A DNA stretch of 64,000 nucleotides. It comes from Candidatus Micrarchaeota archaeon. Lineage in GTDB: Archaea > Micrarchaeota > Micrarchaeia > Micrarchaeales > CABMGC01. The stretch is taken from the NCBI GenBank assembly GCA_027345185.1, contig DAHWIK010000044.1, positions 3,396-67,395 on the forward strand, written 5' to 3'. Position numbers and translations under genes: made by a program. Shown here one piece after another: positions 19,907-29,259 of this stretch. How positions within the stretch are numbered: position 1 is the first letter of the stretch; every line of letters begins with the position of its first letter. The notes beneath the pieces were generated by a model, which saw nothing but the letters and a program-made list of their open reading frames with translations, was not told the origin of the DNA and did no database searches.

Positions 19907-20460
19907 AGCCTGCCCCACATCCTCCAGAATTGGTTCTTGAGCCTCTCTATGTCAGGCCTGTTGTAGATTACGTTTATCTGCTCTACATTCTTGTGGGTTC
20001 CCTTGTATGTAAGATTTGCAGAACCTGTTATCGCCATTCCTTCAGAGATGTACATCTTGGCGTGAACGAACTGCTTTGGAACCTTTAGCCTCACTCCTGA
20101 TCCTTTCCCTGCATTCTTTATTATGCCTATTAATATGGGCGCAGTGGAAAGCATGAGGAGCATGCCCATGGCGCCGATAAACAGCAGCAACCCGAGAAGT
20201 ATTATTGAAAGGCCAAGGTATGCTGGAATCCACAGCCGCGAGCCGCCATTGAACATCCTCAGCACATCTCCCTCCATTGATGAGGAGATAAGATAGAACT
20301 TCCTTCCCCTTGATTTCTCTAGTATTAATTTTGCGTAGTATCGGTCAACATATGGTGAGACTATGAGTACCTCACCCCCCTTGCCTATGAGATCGTTTAT
20401 GTACCTGTAGGTATCGCTTCCGTAATAATAGGTGTTGCCAAGATCGGCTTTCCCGAACAT
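19903..20460 (-). CDS. Single-HKD phospholipase D/Nuc-like protein with inserted TM hairpin
   Basis: HAKMYISEGMAITGSANLT is an HxK..(E)..GSxN motif. The hydrophobic stretch WIPAYLGLSIILLGLLLFIGAMGMLLMLSTAPILIGII splits the PLD fold. Confidence 0.6.
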   Translation of the reverse strand: MFGKADLGNTYYYGSDTYRYINDLIGKGGEVLIVSPYVDRYYAKLILEKSRGRKFYLISSSMEGDVLRMFNGGSRLWIPAYLGLSIILLGLLLFIGAMGMLLMLSTAPILIGIIKNAGKGSGVRLKVPKQFVHAKMYISEGMAITGSANLTYKGTHKNVEQINVIYNRPDIERLKNQFWRMWGRL

Positions 20461-20579
20461 GATTATTGATTATGCTGAACTTGAATAAATAATATGCGGA
20501 TTGTAGCCTTTGCAGAGGCTAAGCTTAATTTATATTCTTTTCCGATAATAGTAGTATTGGTGTTTTTATCAAGACAGAA

Positions 20580-21278
20580 GTGCTATTGTTCATAATTGCA
20601 GTTGTTGCAATAGTAGCGATGGCAATAGTACTCGTGCTTTCTGTTCTATACCCTAACGGCGCGTTCCAGAACCAGGGACTTACATACATAACAGTTACGG
20701 CCTCTGGAACCAGCTATGCCTACCCTCAGTCGGCCACATTGTACGTATCTATGAATGGAACTGGGGCTACGTCTGAAATAGCGACGGCTAACCTTAGCCT
20801 TACGTTAAACGAATTCAACTACACTGTGCTAAAATACATAGATAGCAACACAAGCAGGATACGCACCCAATCCTATTCGCTCCAGAAGGTATGGAACAGC
20901 AGCAATTACGAGGCGACTGAGCTAGTATCAGTATCTGTTCCACAGGTTCAGAACGTTACCGCCCTGCTTGCCACCCTCTCGCTGATACAGGACGTATATA
21001 TAAACCAAGTCTCCGCACAGTTTACAAACTCACAGGTCGGCCAGCTTACCCAATCTGCCCTTGCTCTGGCGTTGCAGAATGCGACCTCGCAGGCAACCGT
21101 TCTATCGGGAAATAACACTGTCAAGATAAGGAATATAACAGTGTCAAGGAGCTATGTATATCCTTTCCCTCTATATTCTAACGCGGGATTAAGCTCGCCA
21201 AGGTCTCAGACTCCAATATTCTTCAACGGAAGGCAGGGAGTCGAGGAACAGGTAACCGTATTGTACAGCTATAGCTAA
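20580..21278 (+). CDS. Membrane-anchored SIMPL (DUF541)-like protein, many N-glycosylation sequons
   Basis: N-terminal TM helix. ITVTASGTSYAYPQSATLYVSMNGTG and the later ALALALQNATSQA pattern resemble SIMPL. At least 9 NxS/T sequons. Confidence 0.45.
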   Translation: MLLFIIAVVAIVAMAIVLVLSVLYPNGAFQNQGLTYITVTASGTSYAYPQSATLYVSMNGTGATSEIATANLSLTLNEFNYTVLKYIDSNTSRIRTQSYSLQKVWNSSNYEATELVSVSVPQVQNVTALLATLSLIQDVYINQVSAQFTNSQVGQLTQSALALALQNATSQATVLSGNNTVKIRNITVSRSYVYPFPLYSNAGLSSPRSQTPIFFNGRQGVEEQVTVLYSYS

Positions 21279-21290
21279 TTGTCCTGCAAT

Positions 21291-22115
21291 TTACAGTTTT
21301 GATACGTATTTCCTAAGAACTGACATCTTTCTCTCAAGCTTCTTCTGGTTCTTGCTTCGGGTAAGCTCTGACCACTCCAGCGACTTCTTCACAAATAGCT
21401 TCTCAACCGAATAAGCACCCGGAACTCCCACCTGAAGATATGAGTATAATTCAGGGCTTGAATCTACTACGCTCTCTACAAATGACTTCAGGAACCTGAA
21501 GCTTGTGCTGCTGGTGTTGATGAATTTGTGTATCCTCAACTCCTTCCACGTGTCTCCGGTCACGAACCCTACAAAATGCGTAAGTGAAAGGACAGCGCCT
21601 ATCATCTGGTCGTGCTTGCTTGGAGCCATCAATATGGCATTGAAGCCCTTTGACTTAAGGTATTTGGAGAATTGCAGGGCGAATGCCTTCTCCTTCCCAT
21701 TTACCGGTGTAAGTATGAAGTTCTGGCCTTTTGCCTCTGCAGAAGGTCCGAACATCGGATGCGTGCCGAGGACCAGATTTTCCTTTATGTACCTATGCAT
21801 TATCTTGACAGGAGCAACCTTCACAGATGTTACGTCGATCACTATCTGGCCGCGCTCCAGGTGCTTTGATATCTCCTCTACAGTATTCTCAAAGTTTTGC
21901 ATCATGACTGATATGATTACCAGATCTGCGCCCTTAATCGCATCGATATTGCTCTTTGCAGCTGAGACCCCAATCCGACTTGCCACTCTCGCGCATTTGG
22001 CGTACCCTCTACTTGATATCGTCACTTTGCATCCTTGCAGCATGAAGAACTTGGAAAACCACTGGCCCATCAATCCGGATCCGCCTATTATTGCAACACG
22101 TCTTGTCTTAAACAT
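21291..22115 (-). CDS. tyrA: Prephenate dehydrogenase
   Basis: Rossmann motif VAIIGGSGLMGQ followed by THPMFGP. Start set at the ATG at 22115, which overlaps the pheA stop as ATGTTTAA. Confidence 0.7.
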   Translation of the reverse strand: MFKTRRVAIIGGSGLMGQWFSKFFMLQGCKVTISSRGYAKCARVASRIGVSAAKSNIDAIKGADLVIISVMMQNFENTVEEISKHLERGQIVIDVTSVKVAPVKIMHRYIKENLVLGTHPMFGPSAEAKGQNFILTPVNGKEKAFALQFSKYLKSKGFNAILMAPSKHDQMIGAVLSLTHFVGFVTGDTWKELRIHKFINTSSTSFRFLKSFVESVVDSSPELYSYLQVGVPGAYSVEKLFVKKSLEWSELTRSKNQKKLERKMSVLRKYVSKL

Positions 22116-22950
22116 GTTTTCCGAACCTCGCGCGCTTGTAGGAGCCCAGCACCTTGACGAACTCTGAGGCATCGTACAGGTCTCTTATTGCTTTTTTCAC
22201 ATTATGGTCCTTTATGCTGCCATCACAATCTACATAGAAGTTGTATTCCCACGGAGTGCCTAATATCGGCCTTGATTGTATGTAAAGAAGGTTTACCTTA
22301 TTGTCTGCGAATGCGTTGAGCGACTTGAACAGCGATCCGGGAGTGTTCTTTGCGCTGAATACTATGGTGGTCTTGTCAGCAGAACTTGAAGCGATGTCCT
22401 TGGATATGATAAGAAATCGCGTGTAGTTGCGCTTGTTCGACTGTATGTTCCTTGCAAGTATTTTCATTCCGTAGACCTTGGCTGCTCTCTCGCTTGCTAT
22501 CGCCGCTGCGTTTTTGAGCTGCTTGGCCTTGAGCATCTTTGCGCTGCCGGCAGTGTCATAAAACGGTATGGAGTCGAACTTGTTCCTCTCCAGGAAAGTC
22601 CTGCACTGACCAAGCGCCTGCGGATGCGAATATACAAACCTAATCTGACTTAGCTTCACCCGTTTTGCCGCCATAAGGCAGTGTGATATCTTGACTATCT
22701 CCTCTCCGACTATCGAGAGCTTGGAATCTAGAAGCAGATCGTAGGTCTGCGTTACCGCGCCCTCTATCGAGTTTTCTATGGGGACAACACCGAATTCAGA
22801 GTCACTGTCCGCAGATTCAAGGACTTCTTGAAGGAACTTGCACGGCTTCAGCCTTGCTGAGTCTCCGAAATGCTGCACCGCGGCTTGCTCGCTGTATGCA
22901 CCAAGTTCGCCGAAATAAGCTGCTTTGAACATGCAATCATTTCTTATCAT
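22108..22950 (-). CDS. pheA: Prephenate dehydratase with ACT domain
   Basis: PDT domain (FGELGAYSEQAA, VPIENSIEG) and ACT region ESRPILGTPWEYNFYVD. Confidence 0.82.
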   Translation of the reverse strand: MIRNDCMFKAAYFGELGAYSEQAAVQHFGDSARLKPCKFLQEVLESADSDSEFGVVPIENSIEGAVTQTYDLLLDSKLSIVGEEIVKISHCLMAAKRVKLSQIRFVYSHPQALGQCRTFLERNKFDSIPFYDTAGSAKMLKAKQLKNAAAIASERAAKVYGMKILARNIQSNKRNYTRFLIISKDIASSSADKTTIVFSAKNTPGSLFKSLNAFADNKVNLLYIQSRPILGTPWEYNFYVDCDGSIKDHNVKKAIRDLYDASEFVKVLGSYKRARFGKHV

Positions 22951-23446
22951 TCATAACATCAGAGACCCTTATGAGAGAAACCAGCGCTACACCGTTATCG
23001 CTGAGCATCTCAGTTCCTCCCTCCTCCCTGTCAACAACTGTTATTGCCCTTGACACTACAGCCCCCCTGTCCCTCAGGAGATTTACGGCCATCAATATTG
23101 AATTGCCAGTGCTTACAACATCCTCTATTATGTCTATCTCTTCTCCCTTGTTTATATTGCCTATGAGCCTCTCCTTTGTGCCGTGTTCGTATTTCTTCCT
23201 GACTATCACATATGGCACGCCTGAACTAAGAGAAGTTGCAACGAGAAGAGGGACTGCACCTAGCTCGACTCCTGCAATCTTCCTGGCCTTGATCTCTTTT
23301 GACAGCTCTTTCGCTATCTGCTTAAGGAATACTGGGTTTGTCGATACCTCCTTAACATCAACGAAATAGTTTGTCTTGTTCCCGTATGGCAGAATGAAGT
23401 TTCCTGACTTTATCGCATGATTGTCAACAAGCATCTTGCTCAGCAT
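22937..23446 (-). CDS. pyrE: Orotate phosphoribosyltransferase (short archaeal type)
   Basis: PRPP-binding loop IDIIEDVVSTGNS and an N-terminal F.L..G....YFVD pattern. Confidence 0.65.
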   Translation of the reverse strand: MLSKMLVDNHAIKSGNFILPYGNKTNYFVDVKEVSTNPVFLKQIAKELSKEIKARKIAGVELGAVPLLVATSLSSGVPYVIVRKKYEHGTKERLIGNINKGEEIDIIEDVVSTGNSILMAVNLLRDRGAVVSRAITVVDREEGGTEMLSDNGVALVSLIRVSDVMNDKK

Positions 23447-23538
23447 CTTAGCACCATCAGATTATTAGACAAATATTAATATAAAACATCCATAAATAGT
23501 TAGAAACAGGGCAGGAATAGTTCGGATTAAGCCTTTCA

Positions 23539-24822
23539 ATGGTTTTTATGACTAATGGAGATGACATCCAAAAGAACAGCGTACTATGGATGATTGCATC
23601 CCTGCCAGCCAACATTGCGAGCAATCCGATGTCAACCCTTATCGCATTGTATATACTAAAAATAGGAGGAGGCATACTAAACGTTGCCTATGCAATAACT
23701 CTGGCTAGCGCAATAACAATACCATCAGTCTTCCTTTGGGGCTATGTGACCGACTTGCTTAACAAGAGGAAGGCGCTGATAGTTCTCTCCTATCTTTTCA
23801 CCTCTTTCCTCATGCTAAGCCTTTTTTTCATAAAAAACGTTTCTGGAGTTACCCTGGTTTATGCTGCAATAGCGTTCGTCAGTGCAGCCAACGGAGCCCC
23901 AATGAACCTGCTGGTCATGGAAACGGATGAGCAGAGCAGGTGGGCACATAATTTCTCTACTCTGCAGATGATATCCGGAGTCGGAGGTACAATAGGCCTT
24001 CTCGTCGCCTGGGCAGTCACGGGAGTCTCTACCCTAAGCGTGCTTCTACTTGTGCTTTCAGCATCGTCTTTCATTTCGGCGGCTATGGCAGCAATGTTGA
24101 TAACAGACCCAAAAAAGATAGTGCAAGGGCCTTCGCTATATGACAGCGCACATATGTTTATTTACAGACTCGTGGCAATACCTAACATAATAATCAGGAT
24201 ACCAAATCCACAGAACATAAAGAACTTTTTCAGGTTCCACGGATTTGCATCTGTTGAAAAGCGCTTCGTCCTTATGTTTTATCTGATATCTTTCGTCTTC
24301 TTCTTTGGCACTGCAATATTCAACACCGAATACCCTGTGGGATTGGAGTACAGGGGAATAAGCGAGTCGCTGGTCTTCTTCTTGATGTTGATTTCAATGG
24401 CAATACAGACGATAATATTCTATTACTATGACTACTTCACAAAACACCATAAAAATAAGGTTATTGCCGGCTTATCCCTGCTAGGCCGTGGTTCCGGATA
24501 TATTTTTGTAGGATTGTTCTTCGTATTCTTCAGGGGGATTGCACTTTATTCTGGCAATCTTGTATTCTACATAATTTCTTCTGGAATAGCATACGCAGTG
24601 TATTATCCGACTTCGTATGCCATGCTCTTCAATACCATAACAGGTAAAGGCAAGGGAAGCACTATGGGGATATACGGAGCTGTTATAGGTCTTGGCACTC
24701 TTTTGGGGGCTCTGGCTTCAGGATGGCTCACGGTGGCCTATGGATTCGGGCTTACGTTTATAACTGCCGGGGCACTGATGCTGGCCTGCAGTTACATGTT
24801 CAGGCTTCTGCCAAAGTCCTAG
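23539..24822 (+). CDS. MFS transporter
   Basis: 427 aa with about 12 predicted TM helices in a 6+6 organisation around a central loop. Confidence 0.6.
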   Translation: MVFMTNGDDIQKNSVLWMIASLPANIASNPMSTLIALYILKIGGGILNVAYAITLASAITIPSVFLWGYVTDLLNKRKALIVLSYLFTSFLMLSLFFIKNVSGVTLVYAAIAFVSAANGAPMNLLVMETDEQSRWAHNFSTLQMISGVGGTIGLLVAWAVTGVSTLSVLLLVLSASSFISAAMAAMLITDPKKIVQGPSLYDSAHMFIYRLVAIPNIIIRIPNPQNIKNFFRFHGFASVEKRFVLMFYLISFVFFFGTAIFNTEYPVGLEYRGISESLVFFLMLISMAIQTIIFYYYDYFTKHHKNKVIAGLSLLGRGSGYIFVGLFFVFFRGIALYSGNLVFYIISSGIAYAVYYPTSYAMLFNTITGKGKGSTMGIYGAVIGLGTLLGALASGWLTVAYGFGLTFITAGALMLACSYMFRLLPKS

Positions 24823-24829
24823 CTTTTCC

Positions 24830-25756
24830 CTATTTCCTGAAATAGCTGACATAGACGAAGATAGCCATTGCAATAATCAAGAACGATCCGCATACGGTTG
24901 TAAGCAGTGCAATGGCTGCCGTGCTTGCAGAATTAGTAATGTAGTTCGTGAACTGCAATTTACCGCCCATTAGATACGGATACTGCACGATTCCAAAGAA
25001 GTTTATTGAGACGAATATCCAAATTAGCGCAGAGTACCTGGCTATTTTACTTCCCCGCATCTTAAGGGCAATCGTAATTAACATGATGGATATCGAGATC
25101 AGAAGAAGATAGTAGTTGTTCAATACTGCTGAGAAGATTGACGGGAGATATAGGTAAACTGATAATAGTGCTATCAGAAACGCAGCGGGAAGCAGGGCAT
25201 AACTTAGCTTGTCCAGAAGGCCGGACTTGAAATGGCTTCCCACTATGGATAAAGCTATCAGAGTCAATGCAATGAATACAAGTATGTTGAAGGGGTTGAA
25301 GAAAAGCGAGAGCATGTTCAACGTAATCGTATTTTGCGAAACGGATATCCCTATGCCACTTAATCCGGACGTAAATACAGATATAACTATGAACGACATA
25401 ATTATCGTTGATACGCCATAAATTTTCATGCATACCGACTCGTATTTTATGTCTCCTATATATTCGCTGTAGGAAACGAAAACATTTCGTAGAAGAAAGA
25501 ACAATGAACCAAGCATTACTGGAACTATATAGGCATATACCACTCCGCCTAGAGTAGGGTACGTGGCAATAAGGTTCACAAAATAGAAAACGGCAAAGGT
25601 ACCGTCTACACCCCATATGGGGAGGAGATATCTCCTTATGGAACTTCTGTTGTTGTTATATGCGAAGAGGACTAATGCACCTATTCCTGTCTCTATAAGG
25701 AATAGGCATATGAACATTGCAAAGATTGCGTAGTTTAGAAGATATAGAACTTCCAT
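24830..25756 (-). CDS. cydB: Cytochrome bd oxidase subunit II (divergent)
   Basis: Polytopic membrane protein directly downstream of cydA. RRYLLPIWGVDGTFAVF and FFLLRNVF..YSEY resemble the CydB pattern ..PvWdgNevWL.. / LIlRgvafEfR. Confidence 0.6.
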   Translation of the reverse strand: MEVLYLLNYAIFAMFICLFLIETGIGALVLFAYNNNRSSIRRYLLPIWGVDGTFAVFYFVNLIATYPTLGGVVYAYIVPVMLGSLFFLLRNVFVSYSEYIGDIKYESVCMKIYGVSTIIMSFIVISVFTSGLSGIGISVSQNTITLNMLSLFFNPFNILVFIALTLIALSIVGSHFKSGLLDKLSYALLPAAFLIALLSVYLYLPSIFSAVLNNYYLLLISISIMLITIALKMRGSKIARYSALIWIFVSINFFGIVQYPYLMGGKLQFTNYITNSASTAAIALLTTVCGSFLIIAMAIFVYVSYFRK

Positions 25757-25767
25757 AGTATATCAGC

Positions 25768-27060
25768 TCATAGATTCTGATTCTTCAGTATCTTCTTGAT
25801 TATCATTAAGGAGAAGGGTATTATGAAGAGATAGAAAGCTAATATGGCTACTGCAGCAGGCAATATGTTCGGTGAATAGTTACCTGCCTGTTCCACAGTC
25901 ATTACACCATATACTATCCACGGCTGCCTTGCCAGCTCAGACATGATCCATCCAGTCTCAAGCACCAGCACTGCCGCTATGGCACACAGGAACAGGAGAT
26001 ACAGGCACAATTTCCTGGCGAGCGGTTCTTTTTTAAGAATCTGGGAGATGATTACGAGCACGAAGACCAGTCCAAGCCCGAATCCCAAGGAAACCATCAG
26101 AAGGAACATGACATGGACTATCAGCGGAGGCCATGTGTTTCTTGGATAGCTGTCCAGCCCAGGCACTATAGTATTCGCTGTGCCACCGAGCAGTATGCTC
26201 TGCATGTTTGGTATGTCTATGAAATCAACCATCGAGGTGGAGTTGTTGGAAGGTATGCCTCCTATCATTTCCGGAGCATACGGGCCTCCATGGATATTTC
26301 CCTCTATTGCAGCGTATTTCTCAGGCTGGAAGGTGGCAAGGCTCGATATCGATATTATTCCAGTTATTATCGTGAACACTACTGCTATGGCAGCAATTGC
26401 GAACGTAACTTTAAGGGCCTTGGCGTAGTAGCTTCTGGTCTTTTCGTCAGGTGCTTTGAGCAGTCGCAGAATGACGTATGCAAGGATTATCATGGCCCCT
26501 GCAAAATATGACGAGGAGACTACATGCGAGATTTCTATGAGCGCGGATTGGGACGTGAACACTGCAAAAGGATGGACGTTCGTTATCATAGTGTCATTGG
26601 TTGCAACATACTGGACTATGTTGAATCCGACAGGATTGTTCATGAATGCGTTTACTATGGTTATCAGAAGCGCAGAAAGCGCAGCGCCTATTGCGACAGG
26701 AACTGCAATCAGAACATGCGCGTATTTCCACTTGAACCTGTCCCAGGAATATAGGTAAGCCCCTATGAATATGGTTTCTGAAAAGAACGCAAAAACCTCG
26801 ACATACATAGGAGTTATGGCTACCTGCCCAAGCAAAACAGCAAACTTTGGCCAGAGCATGAAGAGCTCTATGGCGACAAGCACGCCAGACGCACTACCTA
26901 TGGCGAAAAGGACTAGGAATATGAGGGTCAGCTTCTTGGCGAAGTTTTTGTAGTCTTGGTCGTTCTTCCTTACGCCTAGGAACTCCATTATGATTATTAT
27001 AACTGGAAGTGCCATCCCAAGAGATGCAAATATTATGTGTATTGCTAGTGAAAATCCCAT
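25768..27060 (-). CDS. cydA: Cytochrome bd oxidase subunit I
   Basis: N-terminus SLAIHIIFASLGMALPV contains the heme-ligand His helix. The C-terminal GWIMSELARQPWIVYG is the conserved GWxxxExGRQPW motif. 430 aa, short Q-loop type. Confidence 0.82.
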   Translation of the reverse strand: MGFSLAIHIIFASLGMALPVIIIIMEFLGVRKNDQDYKNFAKKLTLIFLVLFAIGSASGVLVAIELFMLWPKFAVLLGQVAITPMYVEVFAFFSETIFIGAYLYSWDRFKWKYAHVLIAVPVAIGAALSALLITIVNAFMNNPVGFNIVQYVATNDTMITNVHPFAVFTSQSALIEISHVVSSSYFAGAMIILAYVILRLLKAPDEKTRSYYAKALKVTFAIAAIAVVFTIITGIISISSLATFQPEKYAAIEGNIHGGPYAPEMIGGIPSNNSTSMVDFIDIPNMQSILLGGTANTIVPGLDSYPRNTWPPLIVHVMFLLMVSLGFGLGLVFVLVIISQILKKEPLARKLCLYLLFLCAIAAVLVLETGWIMSELARQPWIVYGVMTVEQAGNYSPNILPAAVAILAFYLFIIPFSLMIIKKILKNQNL

Positions 27061-27183
27061 TACTGCACAGTCTATATCAACTGGAAGTAAATAAACACCA
27101 GACTTTTCCCATGCAAGACTATATAGATTGGGGTATTTTTATATCTTAATGTATTCAATTAGCCTGTATCGTGAGGTGCAAAT

Positions 27184-27786
27184 TTGGCGGATAGTAGTAC
27201 CGATTCAAAAATAGTAATTCTTGTAAGGCATGGCCAGAGCGAGGGGAACGTTAGTGGCATCATCTCAAGTGCCATAGATGGATATTCGCTCACAGAAAAG
27301 GGCATAGCGCAGGCAACAGAAGCGGCCGAGGAGATAGCTGCATTGCCGAAGATCGATGGTCTCTATTCTAGCCCAGTGAGAAGGGCCAGGCAGACTGCAG
27401 AGATAGTGGGAAAGAGGATCGGCATGAACCCGGTGTTTGACGAGAGACTGCAGGAAAGATGGTTTGGGCTTATGGAAGGGAAAAAGGAGCCCCATGACAA
27501 TAGCGAATGGAAGTTCAATCCTAAGAATCAGGTATTGCCTTGGGATGATCTTAGGAAGAAGATGGTCTCCTTCGTGCGTGAGGTTCCTGGAAAGGTTGTG
27601 GTCGCCGTATCACATGGTGACAACATGTCCTCAATCTGCGATTGGACAGACAACAAAGGCGAGCGGTTCCACGCGATAAGGTGTCCAAGAAACTGCCATT
27701 TCGTGATAGTTGATGTATATGGGGCAGAGCTCATTGCATATGATGTGAACGAAATACCCAAAAGCCTCATTGAAAGGCTGAAGTAA
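27184..27786 (+). CDS. Histidine phosphatase (phosphoglycerate mutase-like) family protein
   Basis: Catalytic RHG motif ILVRHGQSEGN with a second His in VSHGD. TTG start in the ORF track. Confidence 0.7.
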   Translation: MADSSTDSKIVILVRHGQSEGNVSGIISSAIDGYSLTEKGIAQATEAAEEIAALPKIDGLYSSPVRRARQTAEIVGKRIGMNPVFDERLQERWFGLMEGKKEPHDNSEWKFNPKNQVLPWDDLRKKMVSFVREVPGKVVVAVSHGDNMSSICDWTDNKGERFHAIRCPRNCHFVIVDVYGAELIAYDVNEIPKSLIERLK

Positions 27787-27950
27787 TCTATTGCAGCCAT
27801 CATTCCTCCCAGAGTTGTGTTGGAAAGGGCTATCCATTTGTAATGGATCCCAAATTTCTTCTCTGTTTTAGCGATATTTAAGTCGTATTTTGACGGTTTT
27901 TTCTGTTTTGCAGCCAATAAAGGACCTGAACTGGCCGTATGCGGCCAAAT
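27787..27950 (-). pseudogene. Possible N-terminal remnant of a DHA2-type MFS transporter (no ATG start, truncated)
   Basis: The minus-strand frame reads ..AAKQKKPSKYDLNIAKTEKKFGIHYKWIALSNTTLGGMMAAID, resembling MFS TM1 (W..L....lG.fm..lD). The frame then runs antisense into the phosphatase gene. Confidence 0.25.
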
Positions 27951-27987
27951 TTATAATCATTTTATGCTTGTTCTATGACCAAAGGAG

Positions 27988-28065
27988 AATTTATAGCAGA
28001 TCTAGAAAGCAATACAACACATTGTCGAGTAAGAAGTGTAGTATTATAATCCTGTCTTGCTATAG
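27988..28065. repeat. 78-nt intergenic element, copy 1 (partner at 59606-59683)
   Basis: Manual alignment gives 70/78 identical positions and no indels, in the same orientation. Contains the inverted repeat AATACAACAC (28011-28020) / GTGTAGTATT (28036-28045) and outer arms TATAGC/GCTATA. Confidence 0.8.
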
Positions 28066-28134
28066 AATGTATGCAGTTAGTTCAACAAAACTATTACGTA
28101 AAAACATATTAAGCTTTTTAGGTAAATTGTATTT

Positions 28135-28530
28135 ATGGCAGTCAAAATCTCAGATCCAAGCGAGGTACAGAAGTATTCAAAGCAGCTGAGATCCTGGTCT
28201 GATTACCTTTTGAATCAGGTTAAACCGGGCAGTTTTGTTTCCGCATCGTCAGTCTATGTCCCATATTCACCACACTGGATAAGTGATTCCTCCTTCATAT
28301 CAATTGAGCTTCTTGATTACTCTCTGTTCTTGAAGAACAATGGAGAAAATTATGATGAAGTGAAGGATGCCGCGCACAGTATAAATGCTTTCCACTGCGC
28401 TGTAACAGGCATCGAAAAGTTGCATCGAAGAACTGAGAACATACCCTGCAAATGCAGGGGAAGCCAACAACCTTCAGTCGTTGTAGGATATCACGATAAA
28501 GATGCTTTAAGGGAGTTGGTCAAGAGATGA
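28135..28530 (+). CDS. Hypothetical protein translationally coupled to rpe; weak resemblance to the start of a GH15 catalytic domain
   Basis: ATGA stop/start overlap with rpe. PGSFVSASSVYVPYSPHWISDSSFISIELLDYS loosely matches the GH15 pattern G.iiAS.t....Y.y.W.RDa.f...aL. At 131 aa it would be a fragment if so. Confidence 0.35.
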   Translation: MAVKISDPSEVQKYSKQLRSWSDYLLNQVKPGSFVSASSVYVPYSPHWISDSSFISIELLDYSLFLKNNGENYDEVKDAAHSINAFHCAVTGIEKLHRRTENIPCKCRGSQQPSVVVGYHDKDALRELVKR

Positions 28531-29189
28531 CAAGGAAAAGGGTATTTATCGCACCGTCGATACTCGCATCGGATTTTGGCGAGCTCAGAAATACTGTAAA
28601 AAAGATGAACGGCTGGGGCATAGACAGGATACATATAGATGTGATGGATGGTCATTTCGTACCTAACATAACCATAGGTCCGCAGGTGATATCATCGATC
28701 AGGAGCGCAACTGACATACCTTTTGAGACCCACCTCATGATAGAGGAGCCGCACAGATACGTGAAGGAATTCATTGACGCGGGATCTGACATAGTCATAG
28801 TCCACTGCGAAGCCGAAAGGAATGCAACAAAATCACTGAATCTCATAAAGAGATACGGAGCTTATGCTGGAATAGCAATAAACCCTGATACTGATTTTGA
28901 GTCGGTAAAGCACTATCTTCCAAAAGTAGATACATTCCTAGTTATGAGCGTTCACCCAGGATTCGGAGGCCAGAAGTTCATGAAAGAATCGTTGTCAAAG
29001 GTAAAACAGGCAAGAAATAGGATAGACCAGCTCGGATGCGAGACGCTGATATCAGTGGATGGGGGGATAGACGTTAAAACTGGAAGGATGGCAGTGGCAG
29101 CTGGAGCGGACGAGCTTGTAGCCGGAACTGCTATATTCAAATCAAGAAACGTCTTAGCTACTATCAAAAAATTGAGGGAGTCGAGATGA
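28527..29189 (+). CDS. rpe: Ribulose-phosphate 3-epimerase
   Basis: IAPSILASDF, HIDVMDGHFVPNITIGP, MSVHPGFGGQKF and VDGGI. Confidence 0.9.
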   Translation: MTRKRVFIAPSILASDFGELRNTVKKMNGWGIDRIHIDVMDGHFVPNITIGPQVISSIRSATDIPFETHLMIEEPHRYVKEFIDAGSDIVIVHCEAERNATKSLNLIKRYGAYAGIAINPDTDFESVKHYLPKVDTFLVMSVHPGFGGQKFMKESLSKVKQARNRIDQLGCETLISVDGGIDVKTGRMAVAAGADELVAGTAIFKSRNVLATIKKLRESR

Positions 29190-29259
29190 TATACTGCAAT
29201 CATCACTACATAATCAATATAAACGTTGAGAGGGTTAAATCTATTATTGAGATGTATTA

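Noticed and set aside
25062-25616. 184-aa alternative-frame ORF inside cydB, and several 60-130-aa ORFs inside cydA.
   Set aside because: They are same-locus alternative frames of a membrane-protein gene, are Cys/Arg/His-rich with no motifs, and the cydB frame gives a coherent polytopic protein.
27528-27917. 129-aa minus-strand ORF overlapping the 3' end of the histidine phosphatase gene.
   Set aside because: About two thirds of it is antisense to a well-supported gene, and it starts with TTG. Only the first ~45 codons outside the overlap look protein-like (an MFS TM1-like stretch), so it is reported only as a low-confidence remnant.
27988-28065. Interpretation of the 78-nt repeat as a C/D-box or H/ACA guide RNA, or as a tRNA-like gene.
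   Set aside because: No RUGAUGA/CUGA box pair lies at an appropriate 50-70 nt spacing. No ACA/ANA box follows the outer stem on either strand. No cloverleaf can be drawn.
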